A stretch of DNA of 63,419 bases, counting the filler, from Choristocarpus tenellus KU-1152 (lineage: Eukaryota; Protista; Phaeophyceae), in the NCBI GenBank assembly GCA_964200185.2. It is 10 parts of 10 records of this genome, joined end to end, with 100 filler letters (N's around TTAATTAATTAA, not from the genome) between each part and the next. Parts side by side here need not be neighbours in the genome. Positions count along the whole stretch, not along the records: positions 47,801 to 59,092 come from CAXNAD020002404.1; positions 59,193 to 63,419 come from CAXNAD020015587.1; 8 more parts are not named here. The stretch is one strand, 5' to 3'. The position numbers and the translations under genes were made by a program. Under the pieces are notes generated by a model. That model saw nothing but the letters and a program-made list of their open reading frames with translations. It had not been told where the DNA came from and did not search any database. This document shows, piece after piece, positions 52,222 through 63,419 of the stretch; position 1 is the stretch's first letter, and each line of letters starts with the position of its first letter.

Positions 52222-53992
52222 CTTCCTCCGTTCGGAATTAAATGTAACATACATTTTGCCGCCTTGATGAAGAAGCATTTTTTTTAAATGTTCATATTTT
52301 AAGGGTATATTATGAAGACACTAAGAAGATGCCCACCAAAATTTCGGGCGAAATGGGGAAGCCTATATCTATCTATGATTCCGCCCCCTAAGCCCTCCAA
52401 AACTCCATTCCAGCACAATATTTTTTTGCTGCATCCAATGGGGCTTCAGGGGTCATTTGCCAGCCTTGTAAGTTTTTTCCGTGTTAAGATGGGGAATTTT
52501 GAAGATGTTGTCATCCTTGAACCCCAGCACTTCACCGTAGACTGCGAAGAGGCTCTGCCAGGCATGCTCTAGTGTCTCTAGGGATACACTTCAAATGCCT
52601 CACTTGTGGCCTCCAACTCCTTGGTGTTGGTTACCCCCCACGACTTCCTTCAGTTGGTGGATGGAATGAAAGAATCCCAGATCGTTGACGTTGAGGTCAA
52701 GTGAGTTGGCTGGATGGGTTTCCATGAATGTTGTTTCCTGCCATCTTCCCGATTGCCTCCATGATCTTCCCCTTGGTGAGTGGCTTTGCTCCATCCTGCT
52801 ACATGTAGATGGTATGTACCTCGGGCCTAGGCATGTGGGCCTTGGTTGCTGGGGTGACATCCTCTATAATGACCTTCTTATACCTCTCCCCGTTCACTGT
52901 GGCTGACGCAAGCATCTTGGTGCCAATGGGGGAGTGTTTGATGGAGCGTTGAGCGACCTTTGTGTTAACAATTAGCCAGATGCCAATTTTCCCATCTAAC
53001 CATACCCTTTTGGAGATATTCCTAAAGTGGGCCACAGCTGCAAGGAGCATCACCTTTGTTTCATCACCTTTGTTTTGTTTTGTTTCATTTGTGCCCGTGG
53101 TAGTTAGGGGGGGTCCCAAGTGGGGTGCAGGTACACACCTTGCCCATCTTTGAGGATGTAAAACTACATATGGTCCACATGCACCCAGTCATACAGATCA
53201 TCCACTAATACACCTCTTCTGCCCCTATTGTGCTTGTGGATGATGACAAAACCCACCTTATTGACTTTCTGCTGGTTCGAGAGGACTGGCTTAATCAACT
53301 GCTTGACCTTCCTCACCTCCTTGCACTTGGACAGATCCCGCAACAAGGCAAGGCAGACCTTACCGTTGATTGAAATTTTGTGAAAGGATGTGTGGTGTAG
53401 TGATGAGACATCCCGAACATAGAGGATACTTGTACAGTGGTCACATTGCCCCTTGGAATATTAAACAAGGTACATGCATTCACCTCATGCAATCTGGATA
53501 GGCTGTCATACTCCTTCAGATGATGGAACGCGGTGATTTGGGGAATTCTGAAGCCCTCCGTGTTGGCTGCCACTGTACCCCCCTTGTCCCCCAAGGAATC
53601 CGAGTGTCGCACCCTCTCACCTCAAGGCATCACGCCATCACACTGTTCTTTATCAGGGTGTTTGAGTCCTGATCCTGGACAAACTTCTGGGCTTAAGAAT
53701 TAAGACCGATGATTGATGATAGGGTGAGTGAGTTGTTCCTTTCTCCCAGGCATCCCAATGTATATATACCTACTTGGACAGTTTCGAGAGGTTTTCGAAA
53801 CCTGTCATGTCTGACTCGGTTGGCTTTGCACTGGTGATCCTGCATATTCATGACGGCCCATCATCTCAAACTATTCATGCTCCAATCTATATGAGAGCTG
53901 AGGCTCGTCCAGAGGTTTTATCGGGAGAGTTGTTCCCAGGGAAGAACAAAGCTTGCAATAATTACTTTACATTTAATTCTGAACAGAGGAAG
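52222..53992 (-). mobile_element. Full-length decayed mariner-like element (DD39D/Stowaway-type)
   Basis: 26-bp TIRs CTTCCTCCGTTCGGAATTAAATGTAA (2 mismatches), TA on both flanks. Transposase remnants WVHVD, TKVMLLAAVA, LDGKIGIW, QDGAKP and NSLDLNVNDLGFF, with stops and frameshifts. Confidence 0.9.
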
Positions 53993-54599
53993 TAGGAGTT
54001 AGGTTCCACAGATGCCTAGATAGGTGTAGCAGGTTGTCTTCAATGAGCTGTTTGGCTGCTCTGCTCCCAAATCTTTGGGATGTCGTGCCTGACTCATTCA
54101 CCTTGATGTTGCTCCCTGTAATTGATGCTCCTTCAGAACCACAACACAACTTCTTCTTTCTAGGAGCTGAGATGTCAATGATTCTAAGTAATATGCGCTT
54201 CCAATACAATGTCAATACAAGTCAATGGTAAGCCCGCTAAAATGATATCCTCCCTCAGCACAGATCAGATTGGGGGGTGGTCATCATCAGGTTCCTAGTG
54301 AAGATTAGGCCCTGTTGCACATTTCAATGCTAGCAATCCGTCAAGCTTGACTCTAATGAAGGTCAATACAAAGAATCTCTCCAGTACTTGAGGGATTTTT
54401 TTGTAGTGTGTGTATGGATCGTTACGGTTGGTCTATAAGTGTGCCTTCTGAGATTTGTTAGTTAAGATGACAATCTGTTGCATGCTAACATGAAACTTGA
54501 GGAGCTTCAGATTCCTAGTTGGATATAATCCAAGACAGTTTATTATACCTACCCACTATAGATGTGTTGTGAATGATGATAGTAGATGTTGGTATATCA

Positions 54600-55075
54600 T
54601 GACCCCGCACGAAAGCGATCCCGTCTGGCACAACCAGGGTGGAACCAGGCCACACGCCGAAACTGGACTCCAATTTGGCTAAAACTGGAACCTGGCCCAG
54701 CTTAAATCTAGCACCCAGCCAGATCCTTTCAAATATATCTTTGCCCGAATTGGCCTGCAACCTGATCCTTGTCTAGATATGGAAGTCCTGGTAAATACTC
54801 CTGCAACTCTAGTCCGACTTTTCAAAATAGTCCTTACGAGCTGCCCGGTTTGGTCCTCCACGTTTTGGTCTGGTGTACAGCCTAGGTGTTTCTCTGTCCT
54901 TTTTCAGCAAAAAATGCTCGACCATTAAGGTTGCCAAGTCTCACTTCTACAGGTTGGGTGTTGTGTCTGTAGAGCTCGCATTGTTCCTTACACTGAGGGA
55001 TTTTTGTTGATAACCTTTTTGAATATGTCCCTCTCAACTCCTTAATCTCACACGAGGTAGCACTCTGTGTCAAGA
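54600..55075 (-). mobile_element. Possible 3' end of a second Gypsy element
   Basis: KIPQCKEQCELYR resembles the EIPECAEMVAAYR end of the element near 36850. Confidence 0.3.
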
Positions 55076-55975
55076 CCTCTGGGTTGAGGTAGTAGTATTA
55101 TTGAGAACTGATGTTATACTGCTATTGTTCATTGCACTGCACTACAACAGCAGTGCTTAGTTTTGTGCTGATATTGTCACTGGTTGATGTACTTGTGTCT
55201 CTGTCCTTCTTGTGTCCGTGCCTTGTACTTCTTGGTGGGGCCAGATCTACGAACACCTGGTTGACTACGTACAGATGCGTCGCGATGCCCTCTGCCCTGA
55301 CATAACCATGGAATGCAATGTAAGTGCAGATAGGGTGACAAGCCTATGTCCCACGACAATCTGACTGGAAAGATGATGTTGAGTGTTGACACTAGAGGCA
55401 TCATGCGAGCAATCAGAGTTTACTGCAGGTTTAGGTGGAAAAGTAGGTTTAGGTGCAGTTGAACGCTGTTGTGGTTTGAGGCTATTTCTTCTTTTTCTCC
55501 TTATTGATACAATGTTTTGATTATGTTTTGATTATGTTTTGGGTACTACATGTAGAAGGCACGGGTGATTAATGACATTATGCTTGGAAGCTTCATGTGG
55601 TAGAAGAGTAGAGATGAGATGAACCTTGACATGCAGTTTGTTGACCCGCACCTGCTGTGCTTCCTAGACCACCTGAAACAATTTTCTTGTTTTATGGATC
55701 CATCTCTTAACCTGCCCCCCTCATCTTCCTTACCCATTGATTCCAAGCTGTCAATATATCCATCAATCAACTTTTCATGCAGTCCTTGTAGTGGCCAGTA
55801 CGTTATGATTAGGCATTTTTCTTTTTTGTAGGTTTCATACTCTGTAGTAGTATGTCTTGTATGCCAATCTTTGTGTTGTTACACACTTTTAAGGTACTCT
55901 GTTGGAGGTAGGCATGAAAATGATAAGATAACAGTTTTTAAAAATGTCTTGTTTCCATCGGTTGTTTTGCATCAG

Positions 55976-56119
55976 CTGTACCTCACAGGTCATAGTCTAG
56001 GGGGTGGTATGGCTGCTATTGCTGGCACCAGGACAAAGACTAATGTCGTCTCCATCAGTGGGCCTGGTGTGAGGTTAACTCACCGTGGGTTCAACATTGA
56101 AGAGGATGACATTGCTGAT
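55976..56119 (+). CDS. Exon of a class-3 lipase (alpha/beta hydrolase)
   Basis: AG/GT-bounded 144-nt exon LYLTGHSLGGGMAAIAG...SISGPG with a GxSxG motif; other exons unresolved. Confidence 0.8.
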
Positions 56120-56618
56120 GTGAGTAATACCCCCCATCTCCTCCACGCCCTTGTTTGTTTAAGATTGGTGCCAATGAAAGGTTCCCTTGGAGGTTTGCAC
56201 ATTTTCATACACTACTCTGTATTTTATGTCAGAGGACTTAGTCAAGAGAGATGGTATTTCAATGGTGAGGTGGAGGGTATGACCTATCCGTTGCATGTTG
56301 AGTGCAATGGGGGTATTAGTAGCTGTTTTATCCATAGGGACATAAAGAGGCACAGTGCACACATACGATATATTTATTGCAATTGTAAGATAAGTTAAGT
56401 TATCCATGGTGACGGATAAAGAATTTATGCTGGTCTTATTATCCATATCCTGGCTTCCACTATTGTTACTACTTATGTTACCCAGTTCAAACATGCAACC
56501 TTCCAAAACTACTTACTACTGCTTGTGTTTCTTTTTTGCATCTGTTACTTATTTTCTTCATGTAGCAACAGCAGCATTTTCAATGCCCCTTTTTGAATGA
56601 AAGGATCACTACTTCCCT

Positions 56619-56657
56619 TGATGATGAGAGCTATGATGAGAGCTATGATGAGAGCTA
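56619..56657. repeat. Tandem repeat GATGAGAGCTAT, 3 copies
   Basis: Directly visible. Confidence 0.8.
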
Positions 56658-58308
56658 AGACTTTTTATCGGTTGGGGCGATTGACACGGTTGCGATCTGG
56701 GCTGTGGTCGTAGGATAGTTGGGCACATTGATACAGTTGACGGCTACGGATAGATTTAACAAGGAAAGAAGTATTTCTTCCTGCTGAAGGGGTCTAGACG
56801 AATCGGGCTGGCCTAGTCGAAGTATACCGAAATTTAACCTAAATGCATGTGGGAATAAACGTCCTTTGTATATAGTTTAGTCACCCCATAAATGTATCGA
56901 TTTTGCTAATTGTAGAGTGACATCTAGACATGTTTCATCTAAGTGGAGGACATTGAATGCGCATCCCAGCAAATGTTAGAAGCGTTTAGCCCACAGACTG
57001 ATAGGTTCGCAGTTGCCCAGCCTGATGGAAAACCTTCCTGAAAATGCCCTTGCACATAATGTTTTTTAAAATGTGGTGATAGTTGTCACATCTATCCCTC
57101 TATTCTTGCCTCTTGAATAATTTGCGAAATACCTAGAATATTTTTTTTGACCCTTCCTCCATTCCCGTTCCCTTTCCCTTCGCTATCTCCTCATCCCCTT
57201 TGCCGTGATTTTCTGTCAGTTTGTTTTCACTCTGATGCCTGAAAACGACTTGGTGCCCCAGGTTGATGAAATCTCTGGGTTGAGCCAAGAGATCGGCTGT
57301 CCTAGCTCAAATCCGCTTACCTGCCACAGACTGGGTGAGATTTTTTACGTTGTTTCCTGAGCTGGATTGAAGCCCTGTTGTTGCTGCAACAGCAGATAAA
57401 GCTTGAGTCTTTCATGTCTCAATTGACCCTGCCACTAATTTGGACACTGGATTGCCACACCAGTCTTGCATTTTTTTCTTCCATCTTGCTCCTGTTAGCA
57501 TGTTGATGCCTTTTCCTTAAATCCATTTGGTTTCTTGGCTACCATGGTTCCACCCAGAGGTGACCGACTATGTTGAGGGCATGTTTGCAGTATCTGTTCA
57601 GACCTTTTGTTGTGATTGTTAAGTTTTGCCTTCTTTCTTTCTTGTGCCATTTTGCCTCCTCCCTCCTGCCCTCACAATGCTAGAGCACAATGTTTTTGTG
57701 TACCTTTACTTAAAATTGGAAGGCTTTTGTTTTGTGAAGTCTCGTTGCTCCTCATGTTTGCCCGTGGGTAATGGATATATCTCAGTTTGATGTGAGAAAA
57801 ATTGCTAAGAGCCCAATTTTTTGCGGAAAATGCCTTAAACCGGACTAGGAGTTGTCAGGGCCAGGCTGAAGGCAGGACCTATTGTATTTCTGGAGCTCCT
57901 GCCCTGACCTTAATGAATTTATCTTGTTCGGGTGCTCTTTGCCCTGGGCCTGTCCTGTTCATCACCTTTTACACCCTAGACGGGCTTCATCTGTAAAAGG
58001 GTTAACCACTGTCATTCCCGATCTCATTTTGATTGATTTTTAATGTTGAGAATGGTATTGATCAAATTGTTGTGATTAGATTTAATCGCAACCCGATTGA
58101 AAATGAATATCAAGGGATGATTTTTGATTGACTGTTGTCTTGTGAAGGAATGTCTCCTATGTGTTGTGGCCAAGGAGCTTCGCGGTTTATGCACTTTAAT
58201 TCATGCACTCCATTAGCGCTTTGATTCTAATTGGGCACATTATTTTTTTTCCAGTGTAACCTACACTCATAAATGCTTCTGATTCGCAGCATCAGTTGGA
58301 TGATCTCA

Positions 58309-58565
58309 GAGTGAAATTATCTTAGAGGGTATGAGTTTTTCCCTGTTTGTCTATTTGGGGCTTGGCTTTCCTCGGGGTTCTTATGACATTTTCCTACTCC
58401 AAACTATTTCGGATTAGGTAAAATATATACGTTATGAAAAGGTGTGTTGGGAACAAGGATATTGACACTTTCTAACAAACATGATACCCAAAATTACATC
58501 AAAATCGCAACATGAATTTTGACCCCCTAATGGATGCGGCTCTACCCTCTAAGATACTTTGGTTC
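58309..58565. mobile_element. MITE family B, complete
   Basis: TIRs GAGTGAAATTATCTTAGAGGGTA ... TACCCTCTAAGATACTTTGGTTC; TSD TCA on both sides. Confidence 0.88.
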
Positions 58566-58582
58566 TCAGTAGTTGCTCAATT

Positions 58583-58765
58583 GGCGCAAAGTATCTGGGG
58601 GGGTGGTGGTGGTGACTATCCATTCAGGGGCCATTTTTCCTTGTCGCGATTTTTGGGTGATTTGGTTGCATGAGTCGGATGGATAATGTAAGTGCACTTC
58701 TCCTGATCAGGGCCTAAATGGACACCCTGGTGTAGGCCCCCCCCTCCACCCAGATACTTTGAGTC
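58583..58765. mobile_element. MITE family A, complete (partials at 2571-2597, 2698-2784, 43864-43889)
   Basis: GGCGCAAAGTATCTGGG ... CCCAGATACTTTGAGTC; TSD ATT on both sides. Confidence 0.85.
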
Positions 58766-59192
58766 ATTCCATGGTGGAGTGCAGGCATGCCTCCTCATGC
58801 ATGATCTGTTGGGATTGGTTTGACATAGTTGTGTTCTTGTCTGCCACTATACTTAATTAACAACTTAATTGCTATATCCAAGAACATGTTGTCGTCAAGG
58901 GAGATGCAATTAATTGGGTCAGAGGAGATACACAGGGAGTGGTGGGGGCAACGGTTAAACTGTGCCTGTGGGGTATGAGTGAAAGTATCTTAGAGGGTAC
59001 GAGTTTTGCCCCATTTGTCCATTTGGGGCTTGGCTTCCCATGTTTTTTTTAATGACATTTTCCTACTCCAAAATGTTTCGGCGGAGGTAAAANNNNNNNN
59101 NNNNNNNNNNNNNNNNNNNNNNNNNNNNNNNNNNNNTTAATTAATTAANNNNNNNNNNNNNNNNNNNNNNNNNNNNNNNNNNNNNNNNNNNN

Positions 59193-59520
59193 CTGAATAC
59201 CAGTCACCAAGTAACTAACTGCACGGTCTTTAGTTTTGGTTTGTGTGTTGCAACCTGCATGTATTATGGCGGTGATGTAGAGATTGCACTCTAGCAATAC
59301 TGGAAACCTACCCCGTTCCTCCACGAAACGCGGCGAAATGGGCTGAGATATTGGCCCCACGCCTATCCCTCCCTCGCTCCCAACTCGTCGAGATACACTT
59401 TATGATGGTGGGGCACACGCACATCAAAATCGATCAGATCTTCTCCAGGTAATTAGGCAAGATATGCAAGTTCGATAGCCACATAGTGTATATGGACAGA
59501 TACAGCCTCGAGGCTTGCAG
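59193..59520 (+). repeat. Duplicate of 61404-61833 with a ~100-nt internal deletion
   Basis: Near-identical direct repeat including the MMVGHTHIKIDQIFS coding segment. Confidence 0.9.
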
Positions 59521-59522
59521 CT

Positions 59523-59702
59523 GACCCAAAGTATCTGGGAGGAGGAGCTGGGTCTACACCAGGGTGTCCATTTGGGGCAAAATCAGGAAAAGTGCATTTA
59601 CAGTAACCAATCGATGTATGCAACCAAATCACCCAAAAATCGCGAAATGAAAATATTGACCCCAAATGGACAGCCATCACCCCCTCACATATACTTTGAG
59701 CC
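59523..59702. mobile_element. MITE family A in reverse orientation, without matching TSD
   Basis: GACCCAAAGTATCTGGG ... ATATACTTTGAGCC; flanks GCT and CTT. Confidence 0.75.
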
Positions 59703-62700
59703 CTTCCAAGCGGGTAAGCAAGGCGCACTTCCTCCGATAGCTCAGAGAGGACAGGCCCAACATCAGGGTGAGGGTAGGAGGCGAGTTTATGAAATGTGAC
59801 ATATGTGTCACATTAAAAGAGAAGCGGCACGGTGCGCCTGGTGTAAAACCCACGAACGACTCCACCGTCCTCGAGTCCATCGACAAGGAGCTGTCAGACC
59901 ATCGAGAGATAGGTGTCCAGCGTTAATTTTGCTACAAGCGTACAGTGGCAACATGTCACCGTCATTGCCCTCCATTGGGAAGAACATCTGTTGCCTTTTG
60001 CGAATGAAGACTCCCACACAGGTGCTTATAGCAGCAGCAGCCTCAATCACCGCAAAAATGTTGTTATTACCTGCCCAAACACCTTCTATGGTAGACTGCT
60101 TCTTGGTCGTCTACAACGGGCTGTGGGAGGGACAGGTCATGTAGCGGTCTTCTGGCCCCGTACGTAGGTACTTCCTACCATCCCAATAATGCTGTGTTTG
60201 TCTTGAACGCAGCAATAAAAAACACATCCAAAGACAAACACTTATTGTTACCTACACTCCATTTTTGTTACTAACCTGATACGTGTTAACAAGTGGTCAT
60301 TTTTTTACAACTCTGAGCAGATTTATTTGATTTACAGGCGTGATGTTGCTCTTATCCATTCGCCAGATTATCCAAGCGGATCGGCTGGTCATCGCCAACA
60401 GCACCAGCAGCTCCATACGGGCCAAAGCCGATGCAAACCTCTCGGCTTCGTGTTCATGTCCGTAGACGCCGCGAACCAGACATCACACGCCCTCCCAGCA
60501 CTTTACCCACCTACCCACAGTGGTTACAGGTAACCACACGCACGCATAGTCCATCAGTCAACAAGTTTGCAGTCGCACGCGGAACAGAATAGACGATCCT
60601 GTTTTATTCTACGAATGAGTGCAAAGTCCCAAGAAATAACCGCCAAAACAGACGCACATAATTCCACTACCTATTCCGTTCATCATGATGACAACGCACC
60701 GTAGAACCTTTCTTTACACGTTTCTTTGGTTCATGTCCTTCTTATCAGGGGCTACTCCGAGCGCCAGAAGATCATGGCCACACACGTCGAAGGCCAGTTC
60801 GCGGAATTGTTCTTCACTCCTATCAATCTTGGAGGAGGTACGTATTGTGGGTCGTGGCAAACAATCACATGACTGAATAGATGCTGGTTGCGCACGCACC
60901 ACTTGATTTACCATCGTGGCGAGTGGACCTGCCGTAGGTTAGATACCCGAGGACAAGTACATCCTTACACGATGTGCCTACAGATACCGCAGGCCTAGTG
61001 AACAGTCAATTAACTGATGATGCGCTGTGCTCCCCTGCCTTCCTACGCCTCAGCTTCGGAAGGGCGAGAGGAGCATAAGAGCTAATCAACGAGGAGGAAA
61101 ACCCACAGACATGTATATCAGCCATTCGGGGGTATGTGCTCTACATTGCAAAAACAAATTCCATCACCCCTCTTTTTAGCTCCAATTAACCAATGCGTAA
61201 GTAAGCAGAGTACTATTTGCCAACTAACGACGGACATCATCGTTCGCGCAGGTTGTAACCTTGTCTGCACAGTCACCCACCTTGCCCTCACAAGGCTTAT
61301 CAACAAGTACCACAACAGTTTTGATCACACGGGGAGTCACATCATCCAGCACGCGCATTGGCAGGTAAGAAAGTTTCATCTTGACATGACCTACACATAC
61401 TCGCTGAATACTGGCCACCAAGTAACTAACTGCACGGTCTTTAGTTTTGGTTTGTGTGTTGCAACCCGCATGTATGATGGCGGTGATGTAGAGCTTGCGC
61501 TCTAGCACTACTGGAAACATGCCCTGTTCCTCCACGAAACGCGGCGAAATGGGCTGACATATCTGCCTCACGCCTATCCCTCCCTCGCTCCTAACTCCCC
61601 AAACTGGCCAGGTCGACAACTGCGTCTCAGGGAACAAGAACAATTTCTTTCTCGGATATTCGGGGCTGTTGGTCGCGGCGAGTGTCTTTTGTGTGGTCGA
61701 GATACATTTTATGATGGTGGGGCACACGCACATCAAAATCGATCAGATCTTCTCCAGATAATTAGGCAAGATATACTAGTGCGATAGCCACATAGTGTTT
61801 TTCTACGGACAGATAACTCCTTGAGGCTTGCAGTTCACGCTTGTTGCATCCACGGAAGGTTTATGGTCATACACTGTAATTGATTGATTGGCTTTTGATT
61901 TCCCCACGACAGAATTGAACGATAAGAGCAGCTGCCAAAACTGTTTCGTAACCTACTCTCAAAACAAAACAACAAAAAACGTACGCATCACCCCTTTTTA
62001 TATTTATACTTCCATATACATGCATCGGAGCATGTGCCCGCATATATATCTTGCTTCTCCACTTCGTTTCCTTAGCCCCCGCCTCAAAATTAATTTGCTT
62101 GCATTTCAACTTCAGGTTCTCACGTGGTATAAAAGGGAAGAACGCATTCACAAGAACACAGCTGGGTGAAGAGCTGCAGGCCTCTTACACAGAGATTCCA
62201 GTCTACTGCAAGACCCTACGGAACGAGGGAAACTTCAAGGGACTCCTTCGCGGTCGCGTCAACCGTGTCCCCAATATCACGAGCTACAGGGCTTTTCGCG
62301 TTGAAAAAGGTGGTGATGGGCGGGTTAAGGTTAGCGTAAAGCAATACATGCACAGCACCGAATGGAGTGGGATAGGCGGAGACCTTGCTATCGACCCCAA
62401 CGCCCCTCCGCACGACCTCTTCATCAGCCACTCGCCTCGTCTCCAAGATGCACCACCCTACCAGCTCAAGAGCGTTCCCGAAGACGTCATCCTGAAGGTG
62501 GAGCAGCGGTACCAGGCATCGCGCGAGCGCCTCGCTGCTCGTACCCACTGGGTAAGTCGATTTTTTCGTGAGGGGAGTTGACGGCTAATTTTTGTATTTG
62601 GTGGCAGCCAAAAAAATCTGGTGCAACTTCTGTACGAGGCAGCCTTTACAGCCCTTACAAAAACAATCTTGAAAAATATTCCATTCTCATGCGTAGTGAT

Positions 62701-63169
62701 TGTCGCATGTTACAATAAAAAAGTACTATAGATTACCCCCGATAAATGTTTTGAGTGTACCAGTCTTGTACTCAACAGACACGAATCCGACCAAATATAC
62801 ACCCTCCCTCTCACTGCATGCTCCCCGAGCATTCGTGAAACCTCACGCCTGGTTACAAAGTAACATTCATGCTTCCATACCGTCGATGTTCTCATACTCA
62901 TGGATTTAACCTTTGCAGACGATGAAACCGTTCAGAGAGCGAAACACGAGCAAAGCAAGTCTGTGCGGCTTCTCAAAAAGACAGGGGAACGAGAGTTCGA
63001 CCTCCCAGTCCATTGGCTTCCCACCGATGACGATGGCGCCGGAACTGGTACCAGCAACGTCGAAGACACCGACCAGGGCGAACGTTCGGGTGGAGGAGAT
63101 AACCTCGTAAGCTGTGACGATGATCTCGGCGGGCTCAAGGAAACAAACTCTTCCTCATCGGAACTGTGA
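59703..63169 (+). pseudogene. Intron-containing Sola-like (DUF7869-type) DDE transposase pseudogene
   Basis: Exons encode EFMKCDIC, FMSVDAANQ..ALP, GCNLVCTV...HAHWQ|VDNCVSGNKNN...MMVGHTHIKIDQIFSR|FSRGIKGK...ITSYRAFR. There is an in-frame stop near 59738 and a dead donor site at 61758. The acidic last exon (62919-63169) is tentative. Confidence 0.75.
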
Positions 63170-63419
63170 CAAGGAAGAAGCTGGCTTCCGTCGACGGGGT
63201 TGGCCTAGTGCTACCTTGACATCGGTGAACCATGAAAACCTTGTCTCCGTGCAGGAAGGCAGGTTTGCCTTTTTTGTGGCAACGGAGGCGCACCACTCTT
63301 GGTCAGCAAGATCCTAGCGGAGCACGGACGGGGAGCGTGGGGTGGATCTTCACTGGCTTCGGTCGACCAGTGACCACACACGTGACAACGCCGCGTTTAT
63401 GACCCTTGATAAGTACGGG

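Noticed and set aside
21858-59092. Cell-wall gene cluster (GT2, PC-esterase, lipase)
   Set aside because: The genes are on different contigs joined artificially.

Overview
This is intron-rich eukaryotic nuclear DNA, most likely from a brown alga or related stramenopile. That is inferred from a cellulose-synthase-like GT2 gene, flagellar/centriolar genes, TTAGGG tracts and the transposon types. The window is not contiguous: ten contigs are joined by nine artificial 100-nt linkers (N44-TTAATTAATTAA-N44), so adjacency across a linker means nothing. Host genes, mostly partial and spliced by eye: TPR-like exons, a large Sfi1/IQ-like gene, a cellulose synthase-like GT2, a STE11/MEKK-type kinase, CCDC180-like, a PC-esterase/SGNH protein and a class-3 lipase exon. 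Transposons: Gypsy and Copia relics, a complete but decayed DD39D mariner, an intron-containing Sola-like transposase pseudogene, and three related MITE families with 3-bp target-site duplications (TSDs). The most notable items are (1) a Rickettsiales-like HU gene fragment with a Shine-Dalgarno-like site inside a cellulose synthase intron, (2) an intronless giant-virus/phage-type zinc deaminase head-to-head with a host gene, (3) a ~390-nt hairpin enriched in G:U pairs (candidate pre-miRNA), and (4) an unclassified MITE group. No complete novel multi-gene system can be supported. All family assignments come from motif recognition by eye, not database searches.
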